Both the position numbers and the translations under genes were made by a program. Positions 1 through 10,155 of a DNA stretch of 64,000 bases are shown piece by piece. A model generated the notes under the pieces. The model searched no databases. It was not told the DNA's origin and was given only the letters and a program-made list of their open reading frames with translations. Location of the stretch: NCBI GenBank assembly GCA_965197745.1, contig CBDANS010000006.1, positions 896,001 to 960,000 on the forward strand, written 5' to 3'. Numbering within the stretch: the stretch's first letter is position 1; each line of letters begins with the position of its first letter. This stretch comes from Opitutales bacterium. GTDB lineage: Bacteria; Verrucomicrobiota; Verrucomicrobiia; Opitutales; PNEW01.

Positions 1-520
1 TCCCCGGGTCTTTGCTTATTTCATAATCAACAGAGGCTTGGGAATAGCCTTTACCCTGATAGTACTCAAATATTTTATGGCTGTCATCCTTGACTCGCCG
101 CTCGTCGAGAGTCCCATTTTCTCGAGAAACAATTTCTTCCTTAAGGCGAGCCCTTTTCATTTTATGATTTCCGGTAATTACGATTTCTTCGATTCGGTAT
201 TTTGCTTGAACGAGAAAAGTTAGCTTCAGTTCACCATTCTCCATCTTCTCGGATTTGACCTCGATAAAATCTAAAAATCCGGTGTTATATAAGGAACGTA
301 TGGAACGGTCTACTAAGCTTTGATTATATTCCATCCCTTCACGTATTTGTATACGGGCAAGGATGGCATCATCGCTAAGGTTTTGAATGTCCTTAAATTC
401 GATAACAATTTTTCCCACTTTAGAAAGTGGTTGGGTAACCTCTTGCGCTGTCAATAGTGGTAAGTTTACAGTACAAAACAGGGTAATAACCCACAAGAGT
501 GAGATGAAGTGCACGCGCAT
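1..520 (-). CDS. bamA: Outer membrane protein assembly factor BamA, N-terminal part (runs off window start)
   Basis: Manual translation from ATG at 520: MRVHFISLLWVITLFCTVNLPLLTAQEV... signal peptide, then POTRA-like DRSIRSLYNTGFLDFIEV and IEEIVITGN...YYQGKGY. Directly downstream of dnaB. Not in the ORF track because it has no stop in the window. Confidence 0.85.
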   Translation of the reverse strand, partial: MRVHFISLLWVITLFCTVNLPLLTAQEVTQPLSKVGKIVIEFKDIQNLSDDAILARIQIREGMEYNQSLVDRSIRSLYNTGFLDFIEVKSEKMENGELKLTFLVQAKYRIEEIVITGNHKMKRARLKEEIVSRENGTLDERRVKDDSHKIFEYYQGKGYSQASVDYEISKDPG

Positions 521-525
521 ACTGG

Positions 526-1974
526 TTAAATTGATTTAGCGGAGTAATTCTCGAAACGAGTTATTTCCGGAAGAAAAGTAAGGGGAACCATCCCTATTGG
601 GCCGTTACGCTGTTTTGCTACGTACAAGTCAACCACATTATCTGAGGAAGACGGGGAATCTGCTTCTTCACTGGCTCCCCTTCTCGCCAGGAGAAGGACA
701 ACATCGGCATCCTGTTCAATCGAACCCGAATCTCGTAAATCCGAGAGCCGTGGCAATCTTTTTTCTTTTTCTGAATCACGGTTGAGTTGACTTAAGACAA
801 GCACAGGGACTTTCAGTTCCTTTGCCATCGCTTTGACCCCACGAGATATTTCAGAGATTTGCTGCCATCTTTCCATACGGCTGACGGCGCCAGAGATGAG
901 CTGCAGATAATCGATAATAATTAAGCCAAGTCTTTGTTTGGCGTGCATCCGCCGAGCTTTTGCTCGCATTTCAAGCATCGTTATCTGACCGGATTCATCA
1001 ATCCACAGAGGCGCTGCTTTCAAGGCTTTGGCATCTCGACTCAAACGGTTCTGGTCCTCACGGGACACCATCCCGTCTTTTATCCTCTGCATGTTTACCC
1101 GTGAATGGCTGCATAAGAGGCGAAGCGCGAGCTGACTTGCACTCATCTCCAAATTAAAGAACAGCGTGGGAACCGGCTTTCTCTTTTCGTCGTTGGGGAA
1201 AGTGGCGGCCTCCGCAATATTTAAGGCGAGCGATGTTTTTCCCACGGAGGGGCGCGCGGCAAGAACGATCATCTCTGAAGCGTGAAAGCCGAAGGTCATG
1301 CGGTCGAGGTCAATAAACCCCGTCGAAACGCCACTCAATTCTCCTTTATTTTGAAGCAGGACATTAATCAATTTTACCGCCGAGTCGATGGACTCCTTAA
1401 TGGGAATAGCTGATTCCGAGACACGATCCTGGCTGATCTCAAAAATTTTCTCTTCCGCTGTTTCGAGAAAATTATCCAATCCGTCCTGAGAGTGATAACA
1501 GTCGTCGATAATTTGTGTTGCGGAATTAATAAGCCGTCGCATAAGACATTTTTCTCGGACAATTTCCAACCAGTATTTCGCGTGCGCGGTAGTCTCAATG
1601 CGACTAGTGAGATGGGTAATGGCACTGTATCCCCCAATTCCTTCAAGGGCGTTTTGGGATTCGAGTTTTTCGACAAGAATAATCTCATCGACCACCGACC
1701 CCTCTTCATAGATTTCGAGAAGGGCTTGAAATATAATCTGATGAGCGGGCTTATAAAAATAGTCGGGGTTAATTCTAGCTTCAAGACAGGTGGCCATTAT
1801 TTCCTGACCCCCATCCATAATACATGAAGCTAGAAGTCCTTCCTCGGCATCGATATTATGGGGAGCAACGCGTTCAAGCAATTCAGACGATCCCGAAACG
1901 GGATCGTTGCTTGTAGCGGGGCGATTCTTACGCTCACGCCCCATTCCATTTGTTAATCCTTTTTTCGTAGGCAT
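526..1974 (-). CDS. dnaB: Replicative DNA helicase
   Basis: APHNIDAEEGLL N-terminus, Walker A AARPSVGKT, IIIDYLQL, LSQLNR, DLRDSGSIEQDAD, AKQRNGP. Confidence 0.97.
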   Translation of the reverse strand: MPTKKGLTNGMGRERKNRPATSNDPVSGSSELLERVAPHNIDAEEGLLASCIMDGGQEIMATCLEARINPDYFYKPAHQIIFQALLEIYEEGSVVDEIILVEKLESQNALEGIGGYSAITHLTSRIETTAHAKYWLEIVREKCLMRRLINSATQIIDDCYHSQDGLDNFLETAEEKIFEISQDRVSESAIPIKESIDSAVKLINVLLQNKGELSGVSTGFIDLDRMTFGFHASEMIVLAARPSVGKTSLALNIAEAATFPNDEKRKPVPTLFFNLEMSASQLALRLLCSHSRVNMQRIKDGMVSREDQNRLSRDAKALKAAPLWIDESGQITMLEMRAKARRMHAKQRLGLIIIDYLQLISGAVSRMERWQQISEISRGVKAMAKELKVPVLVLSQLNRDSEKEKRLPRLSDLRDSGSIEQDADVVLLLARRGASEEADSPSSSDNVVDLYVAKQRNGPIGMVPLTFLPEITRFENYSAKSI

Positions 1975-2001
1975 TGCCTAGGAGCCGGTTTATACCGGAG
2001 T

Positions 2002-2475
2002 TTAGTCTTCTTTTTCGATCGGGTTTTCGGAAACAACCTCGAATTCAAAATCTACAGTAATCTCAGGATGTATTTTTATCCGCGCACTATGTTTCCCCAA
2101 GGATTTAACCTGATTGTAAATTTCAATTTGCTTTCGCTCAACAACTATCTCATGCGCGGCCAGTTGTCCTTGAAGGTTATGGGTCGTAACGGCGCCGAAC
2201 AGTTTGCCCCCTGGACCCGTCTTCATGGCAATGGCCAGATGTAAACTTTCAATTTTTTTTGCGCGTTCTTCGGCATGCGACAGATCCAGCGCCATGCGGT
2301 TTTCGCGTCTTTTTACCAACGCTTCTATTTGTCTACGATTTGCATGATTAACAGGAACCGCTATCTTTTTTGGAAATAGTAAATTGCGCGCATAACCTGC
2401 TTTTACTTGAACTTGATCACCTTCATTGCCCAATTTTTCTATTGGTTTAAGAAGTAATATTTCAGTCGTAGCCAT
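2002..2475 (-). CDS. rplI: 50S ribosomal protein L9
   Basis: LGNEGDQVQVKAGYARNLLFP and GKLFGAVT motifs. Confidence 0.97.
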   Translation of the reverse strand: MATTEILLLKPIEKLGNEGDQVQVKAGYARNLLFPKKIAVPVNHANRRQIEALVKRRENRMALDLSHAEERAKKIESLHLAIAMKTGPGGKLFGAVTTHNLQGQLAAHEIVVERKQIEIYNQVKSLGKHSARIKIHPEITVDFEFEVVSENPIEKED

Positions 2476-2526
2476 GGTATCTATCTTTAAAAATTAGTGG
2501 TTTGTTACGGTGCATCCGTTAACGTC

Positions 2527-2982
2527 TTAAAAAGGAACATCGTCATCAATATCCGATACTTCTTCACTTGCTGAAGAGGTCAGTGAATTATCAGATTCTG
2601 ATTTACGGGAGGGGGGGGTAACACGCTCATAACCTGAGCCCCCTTCATCACTGCGGCTACCGACAAACTGGAAGCTCTCCAGAATCACTTTGAGCTTACT
2701 GCGCTTTTCACCGGTCTTACTCTCCCAAGAATCCAGCTGAAGACGTCCTTCGACGAGAATAGGTCTCCCCTTACTCATATATTTCCCTATTACTTCCGCT
2801 TGACGACCAAAGACATCAACATCAACAAAGGTGACTTCTTCGCGGTTATTACCATCACTATCACGAAAGGTGCGATTGACCGCTAAACCTATTTGGCAAA
2901 CAGGAGTTCCTTTTGGCGTAACCCTTAGCTCTGGATCACGAGTCAAATTCCCCATGAGGATTACTTTATTATAAGAAGCCAT
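2527..2982 (-). CDS. ssb: Single-stranded DNA-binding protein
   Basis: NKVILMGNLTRDPELR start, acidic tail DDDVPF. Confidence 0.97.
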   Translation of the reverse strand: MASYNKVILMGNLTRDPELRVTPKGTPVCQIGLAVNRTFRDSDGNNREEVTFVDVDVFGRQAEVIGKYMSKGRPILVEGRLQLDSWESKTGEKRSKLKVILESFQFVGSRSDEGGSGYERVTPPSRKSESDNSLTSSASEEVSDIDDDVPF

Positions 2983-3001
2983 GACACCTTAAAATTATAT
3001 C

Positions 3002-3307
3002 TTATACTGCTGATTGTATGATGATGCGTTTAACGGCATTTTCAAGACGCAAGTTATCTTGGAGCGCGCGGGGTGATTCTGGAGGACCTTCAAAATAAAT
3101 ATGTAAATAAAAGTCAGCAGGATGCTTTTTATCTGTAACTCTTGCAAAATCTATGCGCCCGTGGTTATCAACCTCGCTAACTTTACCCCCTACTTTAACA
3201 ATTGCCGCTTTAAGCTGGTCAACGACACTATCAATCGTCTCTTCGAGACCCCTTGTATCGAGGATGAAAGAAGCATTGTAGCGATGTTTAATTTTTGTCC
3301 TGCCCAT
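3002..3307 (-). CDS. rpsF: 30S ribosomal protein S6
   Basis: S6-like pattern (RYNASFILD...GGKV...G...FAR...Y), located between pth and ssb. Start moved to the ATG at 3307, giving a 20-nt overlap with pth. Confidence 0.85.
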   Translation of the reverse strand: MGRTKIKHRYNASFILDTRGLEETIDSVVDQLKAAIVKVGGKVSEVDNHGRIDFARVTDKKHPADFYLHIYFEGPPESPRALQDNLRLENAVKRIIIQSAV

Positions 3308-3890
3308 CAGTATTTTTATTCCTTTGATTAATTTGATTCTTGGCAAGGTTCGGCCCTCTGTCAATAAGTAGCTGCAGACTGGTCAAATAATCCTCCATTT
3401 TATTATTCACAATTTCTCGTTCTTCAGCACTGAATTTCCCCAGGACAAAATCTTTTAATTCAATTTGAGGTGGATATTTTGGCCCGATTCCGACACGAAA
3501 TCGAGCAAAACCATTATCCAAATGCTGGAGTGCGCTTTCTATTCCGTTATGGCCGCCCGCGCTTCCGGTTGTTGTAATTTTAATTTCTCCAAAATCAATC
3601 TGTACTTCATCGTAAATGATGATCAAATTTTCTACGGTTATTTTATAGTAATTACAAAGTGGACCCAGTGAGCGGCCGCTTTCATTCATGTACGTTTGTG
3701 GTTTTACCAGGAGTAAAGATTTCTCACCATTTGTAAATCGAACCACTTCAGCTTCAAAACGGGTTTCGGTTTCCCATTTTCCCCCCTTATTTTTATTCAA
3801 TGCATCAATAATTTCAAAACCTATATTATGGCGCGTGTAGCGATAACTCTCTCCTGGATTACCCAATCCTGCAATAACCAGAATAGACAT
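3288..3890 (-). CDS. pth: Peptidyl-tRNA hydrolase
   Basis: AGLGNPG, TRHNIGF, KPQTYMNESG, GGHNG, RVGIG. Confidence 0.97.
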   Translation of the reverse strand: MSILVIAGLGNPGESYRYTRHNIGFEIIDALNKNKGGKWETETRFEAEVVRFTNGEKSLLLVKPQTYMNESGRSLGPLCNYYKITVENLIIIYDEVQIDFGEIKITTTGSAGGHNGIESALQHLDNGFARFRVGIGPKYPPQIELKDFVLGKFSAEEREIVNNKMEDYLTSLQLLIDRGPNLAKNQINQRNKNTDGQDKN

Positions 3891-3975
3891 AACTGAAATA
3901 AGCTATTTTTAAATACAAAGTCAAAAATGTGACTTAAGCGCTAATCCCTATAGCGCAGGTGCCGCGCTCAATATC

Positions 3976-4692
3976 TTATGAAGCAGATTCCGACTTCTCA
4001 TCCACGCCCTTGTCTTCACTCTTTGGTTCGCCGGCTTCACCTTCTTCCATTTCTTCGCCTTCTTCTAATTCTCCTTCTTCAGCCACATCCTCCACGACCT
4101 CTTCCAGAATAGCAGGTGCCATACAAGATACAATCTGCAATTCGGCATCACCTATAAATTCAACCCCCTTAATATCCGTAAGATCTCTGATATGGATTGA
4201 ATCACCTATGGAAAGCTCGGATACATCAATATCGATGGTTCCAGGCAAGTCGCGTGGTAAACAACGTATTTCCAACTCGTGCGCTGATACTTCAAGCAAA
4301 CCTCCTTCATTTTTAACACCGATAGCTTCATTGAGAATACGAACTGCAACATGGGTATGCATCGTTTCCGTAGCCGAGACTTCGTGAAAGTCAATGTGGA
4401 TAAAATGATCTGTTCGTGGATCGCGTTGTACTTCTTTAACAATTGATAGCGCCGACTCTTTGCCCTCGACTTCAACCTGAATTAAAGCGCTAACTCCAGC
4501 TATCATTTTCCAGAGTGCTCGGAAATCATTCTGTTCAATGATGAGCGGTTGGTTGCCCTTTTTCCCATAGATGACCGCCGGAATCTTTCCCGCAGCGCGT
4601 AAACGCCGATTTATGTTTCGTCCCGTTTCTTCTCTCGGAAAGACTTTGAGTTCTAATTGATTCATTAACTTAAAATTGACGGGGATATTCAT
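3976..4692 (-). CDS. rplY: 50S ribosomal protein L25/general stress protein Ctc
   Basis: RRLRAAGKIPAVIYG, HIDF, GVKNEGGLL, acidic tail. The true start may be the second Met (MNQLEL). Confidence 0.95.
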   Translation of the reverse strand: MNIPVNFKLMNQLELKVFPREETGRNINRRLRAAGKIPAVIYGKKGNQPLIIEQNDFRALWKMIAGVSALIQVEVEGKESALSIVKEVQRDPRTDHFIHIDFHEVSATETMHTHVAVRILNEAIGVKNEGGLLEVSAHELEIRCLPRDLPGTIDIDVSELSIGDSIHIRDLTDIKGVEFIGDAELQIVSCMAPAILEEVVEDVAEEGELEEGEEMEEGEAGEPKSEDKGVDEKSESAS

Positions 4693-4884
4693 ACCCCAGG
4701 CGAAAAAACCTTAAATACATAAAGTTATGTTATCAAAATGCAATCAAAAGTTTTGATTTCTTTCACTCTGAAATGAGTACTTACGCACCCTTATGATCCT
4801 TTATGCGTTATATTCAGTTTAAATCATATCGCGGTCACGATACACGCTTGAATAATATGAGATATAACTCAAATATTTCAACCC

Positions 4885-5718
4885 ATGAAATTATTTCGGG
4901 CTCTTGATGCTTTTTATATTCAAAGTGAAAATCAATGGTACCGCTCAAAGAATATAGCATTGGATGATCTCTTTTCTTCAAGCAATCCAAGTGATTGGTT
5001 GAGGAATGAATTAAGTAATATTGACTCTCTCCAATTGAGTGCTGCGGTAGAGGATGAACCTCTTTTGCCGCCCTTACAAAACCAGGAAGTATGGGCTGCT
5101 GGCGTGACTTATTATCGCAGTCGGGAAGCCCGCATGCAGGAGTCAGAAAAAGCGGGGGGTGATGCCTTTTATGATCGCGTCTATGATGCCGACAGACCTG
5201 AATTATTTTTTAAAGCATCACCGGCACGAGCGGTTGGTCATCGGCAGAAAGTAGCTATACGCAGTGATTCTAAATGGAATGTTCCTGAGCCGGAGCTAAC
5301 CCTCGCAATCAATGCCAATGCAAAAATTTTTGGTTTCACCATTGGTAACGACATGAGTTCACGTGATATCGAAGGGGAAAATCCTCTTTATCTACCCCAA
5401 GTAAAAGTCTATCAAAAATCCTGCGCCCTTGGACCTGCATTAGTCTTGTCCGATAATTTAAGCCCCGAAACAGTAATATCCCTGGAAATAGAACGGTCAG
5501 GAAAAACCTGTTTTCAGGGTAACACGCGATTATCTCAAATAAAAAGACCTTTTGATAATCTAGTTGAATATCTTTATCGAGATAACGCTTTCCCTTGCGG
5601 CTGCTATCTTATGACTGGAACGGGAATTGTTCCGACTGCTGATCTATCCCTGCAATCAGGTGACTGCATCAAAATTTCCATAGACTCACTCGGCTCACTA
5701 GAAAACGAAGTTGAATAA
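4885..5718 (+). CDS. Fumarylacetoacetate hydrolase family protein (2-keto-3-deoxy-pentonate dehydratase-like)
   Basis: [53 protein letters not shown]. Confidence 0.85.
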   Translation: MKLFRALDAFYIQSENQWYRSKNIALDDLFSSSNPSDWLRNELSNIDSLQLSAAVEDEPLLPPLQNQEVWAAGVTYYRSREARMQESEKAGGDAFYDRVYDADRPELFFKASPARAVGHRQKVAIRSDSKWNVPEPELTLAINANAKIFGFTIGNDMSSRDIEGENPLYLPQVKVYQKSCALGPALVLSDNLSPETVISLEIERSGKTCFQGNTRLSQIKRPFDNLVEYLYRDNAFPCGCYLMTGTGIVPTADLSLQSGDCIKISIDSLGSLENEVE

Positions 5719-5741
5719 AAGTAAATTCAGTGGGGTGATAA

Positions 5742-8110
5742 TTAATAATGCCGATCTGTAACGCTATCAATGGCATTTGAGAGCATTGATATATTAATCG
5801 GTTTCGGCAGAAAAAAATCCATACCTGCCTCGAGGCAAGCCTCGTGGTCATCATGCATGACGGAAGCAGCAAGGGCAACGATGCGGGGTTGACGGTCAGG
5901 GGGAAATCTTCCCTTATCCTTTTCGTCACTTCCAACCCACTCATATTACTCATCTGAATATCCATGAGAATTACGTCATAATTTTTCCGATTCAATAATT
6001 CAAGCGCCTCCAATCCGTTAGCCGCCAGATCTGGATCAAACCCCAACCGCTCTAAAGTTTTTATGGTCATAACTTGACTCGTATCAGGATCTTCCACGAG
6101 TAGTATTTTAAGCGCTTTTCTCTGATTTATTTTTTCCGCAGCCAATTGATTTATACCATCTATCTCTAAAGCTTTCTCTTCATTGACACGCAGGACTTGT
6201 AATAATTTTTCGCGCAAATGTTGAATGAGGATAGGTTTAAAAAGTCGCACGGCTGAAGGGACCCGCAATTTTCCATTTAAGGAATCCGGTTTCCCCGGCG
6301 AATAAATAACAACCAAGGGCAAATTACTATTGTTAGCGAGAGAGATTATTTTATCCGCAATGCTTTCGACTTGCATCCTCAACCACTGTGCGTCGATAAA
6401 AATAACTTTAAAACTGGTTATATCATCTTCTAAAAGCCTCACCGCTTTATCCGCCTTATTAACTATTAGCGTAGAGATATTTAAGCGTTTTAATTTTAAG
6501 ACGAGATCGCTGTAAGCCGTGCTGTCTTCAAAAATCAATGCTTTCTTTTCATTCTCCCATTTTATATGAAGATTTGGCGCAGGCGTAATGGAAAATACTT
6601 TTACCGTGAATGTAAATGTAGACCCTTTTCCAATATCACTTTCAACCGCGAGATCTCCCCCCATCATCTTTGTCAATCGTTCACTGATGGTAAGTCCGAG
6701 ACCTGTGCCCCCAAAATAACGCGCCGTTGAATCGTCGCCCTGGTTAAAAGCTTCAAAAATATATTTAAGCTTATCTTCTCCTATTCCAATTCCTGAATCA
6801 CTGATGGAGAAGCGAAGGAGAGCCGATCGATCGGAAAATTGTTCTACAATTGAAGCGGCGACGATGATTTCACCGTGCATCGTGAACTTAGTGGCATTGC
6901 TTAAAAGATTGATAAGTATTTGCCTTAAACGATTGGGATCAGAGTGTATTTCAAGGGGAAGATTTTCATCCTCGTCACAGATAAAATCCAGATTTTTAGC
7001 GAATATTTTCGACGAGAAAAGCGCCAGTGTTTCCTGTAACCAATCTTGAAGATTGAAAGGAATACATTCGATATCCAGTTTGCTTGCTTCCATCTTCGAA
7101 AGATCGAGAATATTATTCAATAAACTGAGCAGGTTTTTTCCTGAATTTCTGATCGTATCCAGGCACTCCTCCTGCTCCTCATCCAGAGAGGTTTCGTAGA
7201 GTAATTCACACATCCCCATTAAGGCGTTCATAGGTGTGCGTATTTCGTGGCTCATATTGGCAAGAAATAAAGATTTCGCACGATTAGCTGACTCCGCGCG
7301 CTCACGGGCAGCATCAAGGTTTTCCTCTAATCGCTTGTGCTCACTAATATCCGTAAATACTCCATTCCAAATAATACTGCCGTCATTTTCTGGCACTTCG
7401 GGAACGGAGCTGCCACGTATCCATTTTAAAACCCCATCTTTGGTCCTGAATCTGAAATTATAAGTCCAAGGCTCAAGAGATTTCGCCGAATTATTTATCG
7501 ATTTCAATAGCGCTTCTACATCTTTTGGATATATAGCGTTCCATCCTAGTTCGAAATCTGCTTCTAATTCCTCTGCCTCATACCCAAAAAGTTCTTTTGC
7601 TCCGCGACTTATAAAAGGGAAACTCATCTCGCCTTCCTTGCTCAATCGAAACTGGTAAACTGCACCAGGAATAACATTGGTTAATCGATTAAGATTTCCC
7701 TCGCTTTCTCTTAAACGCTTTTCTGTTTTTACACTTTGGGTGAGGTTTTGAACCGTACCCAGCACTTGCTTGATGCTTCCGTCCGCATGGTGTAGGTGAG
7801 CGGCAACCGTAATATTCAATTTCAACTGCCTTTTTGCGCGATCTCTCATCTGGTCGACAAAACTGAAAGTTTGACCCGGTTCCAGTTTTTGCAATTCGCT
7901 TAAGCATGAAGGAACGTCATCCTCCGTACCGCATTGCAGGGCAGAGGGGAGAAATCTTGAACCTAAAGATTGAATTTCCGGCAAGGTGTAACCCAGTAAA
8001 TCCTCAAACTCTGGATTGGCGTAGACAAATCGATTATCTTTAATATCAAATATAAAGATTGAGCAGGGCAGAGAATCAGCAGGCAGAGACGGGGATATCT
8101 TATTGCTCAT
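5742..8110 (-). CDS. PAS-PAS hybrid sensor histidine kinase/response regulator, with an apparent frameshift in the final receiver domain
   Basis: H-box FLANMSHEIRTPMN, N-box NLLSNATKFT, G boxes DSGIGI and GGTGLGL, receiver ILMDIQM. The canonical receiver end continues in another frame from the G5 run at 5899-5903 to a stop at 5742. Confidence 0.88.
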
Positions 8111-8407
8111 AGATCAGTATCGCAATAAATTCTATTTATAGAGTGAGTGTTTTAACAAAATTCACTAACCGTATTTTATCGCGAAAGAGAAAAGCATCAT
8201 TATCACCTGACTTCTTGTTAAATAAAACTACGAGGGGCACTGGTGACGGGACATAATTATTGATTTACTGAACTAATATTATTATACTTATCGAATAAGA
8301 TTTGCGCTCGGCCCCAAGGGAATCCACCCTTTCTATAGTGGCTTGCTCACGACACTCTCGAAATTATAATTAATGCTTATCTTTTTGCTTCCTCGTAAAC
8401 AATTGAT

Positions 8408-8482
8408 GTCCCCATAGTTCAATGGATAGAACCGCGGTTTCCTAAACCGTTAATCCGAGTTCGAGTCTCGGTGGGGGCACCA
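8408..8482 (+). tRNA. tRNA-Arg (anticodon CCT)
   Basis: Acceptor stem GTCCCCA/TGGGGGC, D-arm TAGTTCAATGGATAGAAC, anticodon arm GCGGT-TTCCTAA-ACCGT, T-loop GTTCGAGTC, encoded CCA. Confidence 0.95.
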
Positions 8483-8704
8483 GCCTTCGCTCCCGCGGTG
8501 GCGGGACTGGCAAGCCAGCTATTGGCTGTTGCGACATAACGAGGGACTTTAAAACTACTATTACCTGGCAAAGGCTGCGTGCTTTCTCTTACTTTCCGCA
8601 AATTTCAATAACGACGTGACGAGAAAGTTTTCTCATAAGTCATAATCGCCGAAAAGCACCCTGAAACCGTGTCAGATAAATAGATGCGCCGTGCTCCTAA
8701 TGTA

Positions 8705-9688
8705 TTACTTCTTAATTTGTCCCAGCCAATTGGGCACTTTTTTAACCCATTTATTCAGCTCTTCCAATTGGGTTTCCAGCACACCGAGACGTTGGTAAAC
8801 GTGCGAGGGAAATCTTCGCTCCATAAAGTAGGTAAAAAAATGTGTAAGCATAGTCGATTCATTTCTCATCATTTGACTGAGATAAGATAGTTGAGACACG
8901 ATTAAGGTCGCAATGTAATGATTATCGTTGATCAGTGAATTTTCAATGTACTCGGTACTTAATTTACTTTCTTCAAGTTTAAGTATCCTTATACCAGAAC
9001 GTTCAGCGATATTCTGTAAAATGCCATAACAACGAACCAGTCTGTGATAAACATCTGCTGGAACTTTACCGCGTTCGAAATGGGGTGGTGGTGGAAGCGA
9101 TTCTGCATCGGGAAAAAACAATAATAAACGGGAAGCGTGTTCAATCGCTGTTGTTATTTCCTGGTAGACATCTGACGGGGTTAATTGTCGATCAAGAAGA
9201 ATATTAAATTGTCGTTGGGCCGTAATTATAGAGCGGTATACATCGGAGGGTGTCATTCTGGGATCCACGGGCAACTCCTGAATCTGATCGCTGATTTCAT
9301 ATTTTTGTTTTACAATACGGGTCTGATTGAGTGAAGCGTTCACCATTGCAAAAACATGGGTGGGCATAATTTCCCCTTCCGGGGTATCGGGTGGCGTTGC
9401 CAGTTCTTGCGTATGTTCGTAACAAAGCTGATTGGCCAACTCAAAAAGGGCACTCGCCTGGGCGTATACTTCGCGGGGAACCGCACCGGTTACTCTGAGT
9501 TCTGATTGGTAATTCTTGGGTTTACCCATCTCGTAGCGTATCAATTCCAGCTCCTCTCTTAACAAAGCTGTGCGGGCAAATACGTCCGATGGCTCTATTT
9601 CCCTGGTCTCAGCTGTATTTGGTTTAAAAGCCAGCAACAAATAAATTATCAATATCAAAGAATAAAATAATCTATTTTTAAATATCAT
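8705..9688 (-). CDS. Exported hypothetical protein with internal P-x-[DEH]-V-[YF] helical repeats
   Basis: N-terminal hydrophobic signal and seven copies of a PxDVY-like motif. Confidence 0.7.
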   Translation of the reverse strand: MIFKNRLFYSLILIIYLLLAFKPNTAETREIEPSDVFARTALLREELELIRYEMGKPKNYQSELRVTGAVPREVYAQASALFELANQLCYEHTQELATPPDTPEGEIMPTHVFAMVNASLNQTRIVKQKYEISDQIQELPVDPRMTPSDVYRSIITAQRQFNILLDRQLTPSDVYQEITTAIEHASRLLLFFPDAESLPPPPHFERGKVPADVYHRLVRCYGILQNIAERSGIRILKLEESKLSTEYIENSLINDNHYIATLIVSQLSYLSQMMRNESTMLTHFFTYFMERRFPSHVYQRLGVLETQLEELNKWVKKVPNWLGQIKK

Positions 9689-9871
9689 ATATGTTTAAGT
9701 GATCATTTTCATGGAAACAGAAGCTAACGCCATAGTTTCAATTTATATATGTGAGAAAATAATAGCAAGTGAGATACACTGAATCAGAATTATCAAATTT
9801 CGGTGGCATAGCATTTAACCTATTGGTAAAACCGATGCATCAATTCCCATTGTTAATGATTATCCTAAAGT

Positions 9872-9909
9872 AAAAAAAAGCCGCCCCTTAAAACGGGACG
9901 GCTTTTTTT
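9872..9909. terminator. Bidirectional intrinsic terminator-like hairpin
   Basis: A8-GCCGCCCC-loop-GGGACGGC-T7, one stem mismatch. Confidence 0.65.
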
Positions 9910-9950
9910 AAGATACTTATCGTTAACTTAGTTAACTTATTGTGCGAATC

Positions 9951-10007
9951 TGATTGGACCCCGTTTTTCGTACCAATTATTATGTGAGAGAGTTACCGGG
10001 TATTAAT
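9951..10007. mobile_element. Solo 57-bp IS3 end, identical to 24270-24326
   Basis: TGATTGGACCCCGTTTTTCGTACCAATTATTATGTGAGAGAGTTACCGGGTATTAAT occurs at both positions. Confidence 0.9.
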
Positions 10008-10155
10008 AAGTTTTTTACATAATAAAAGGAAACCCCGCTTTTAATCTAATTCTATTGCCTTTGTTTTTGATAACATTGTTTCTCTAAGACTAAGATAGGG
10101 CGAATGCCATGTTCCCTTCTATAATTATGTAAAACAATTAACTGCTGAAAAATAA

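Noticed and set aside
3959..4387. Ser-rich 142-aa ORF and the many other short ORFs overlapping larger genes (e.g. 14311-14742, 17174-17431, 26518-26934, 44385-44774)
   Set aside because: Antisense or alternate-frame shadows of well-supported genes with no recognisable motifs.
8408..8482. tRNA-Arg as the integration site of a genomic island
   Set aside because: No integrase nearby, and I saw no duplicated tRNA 3' end elsewhere in the window.
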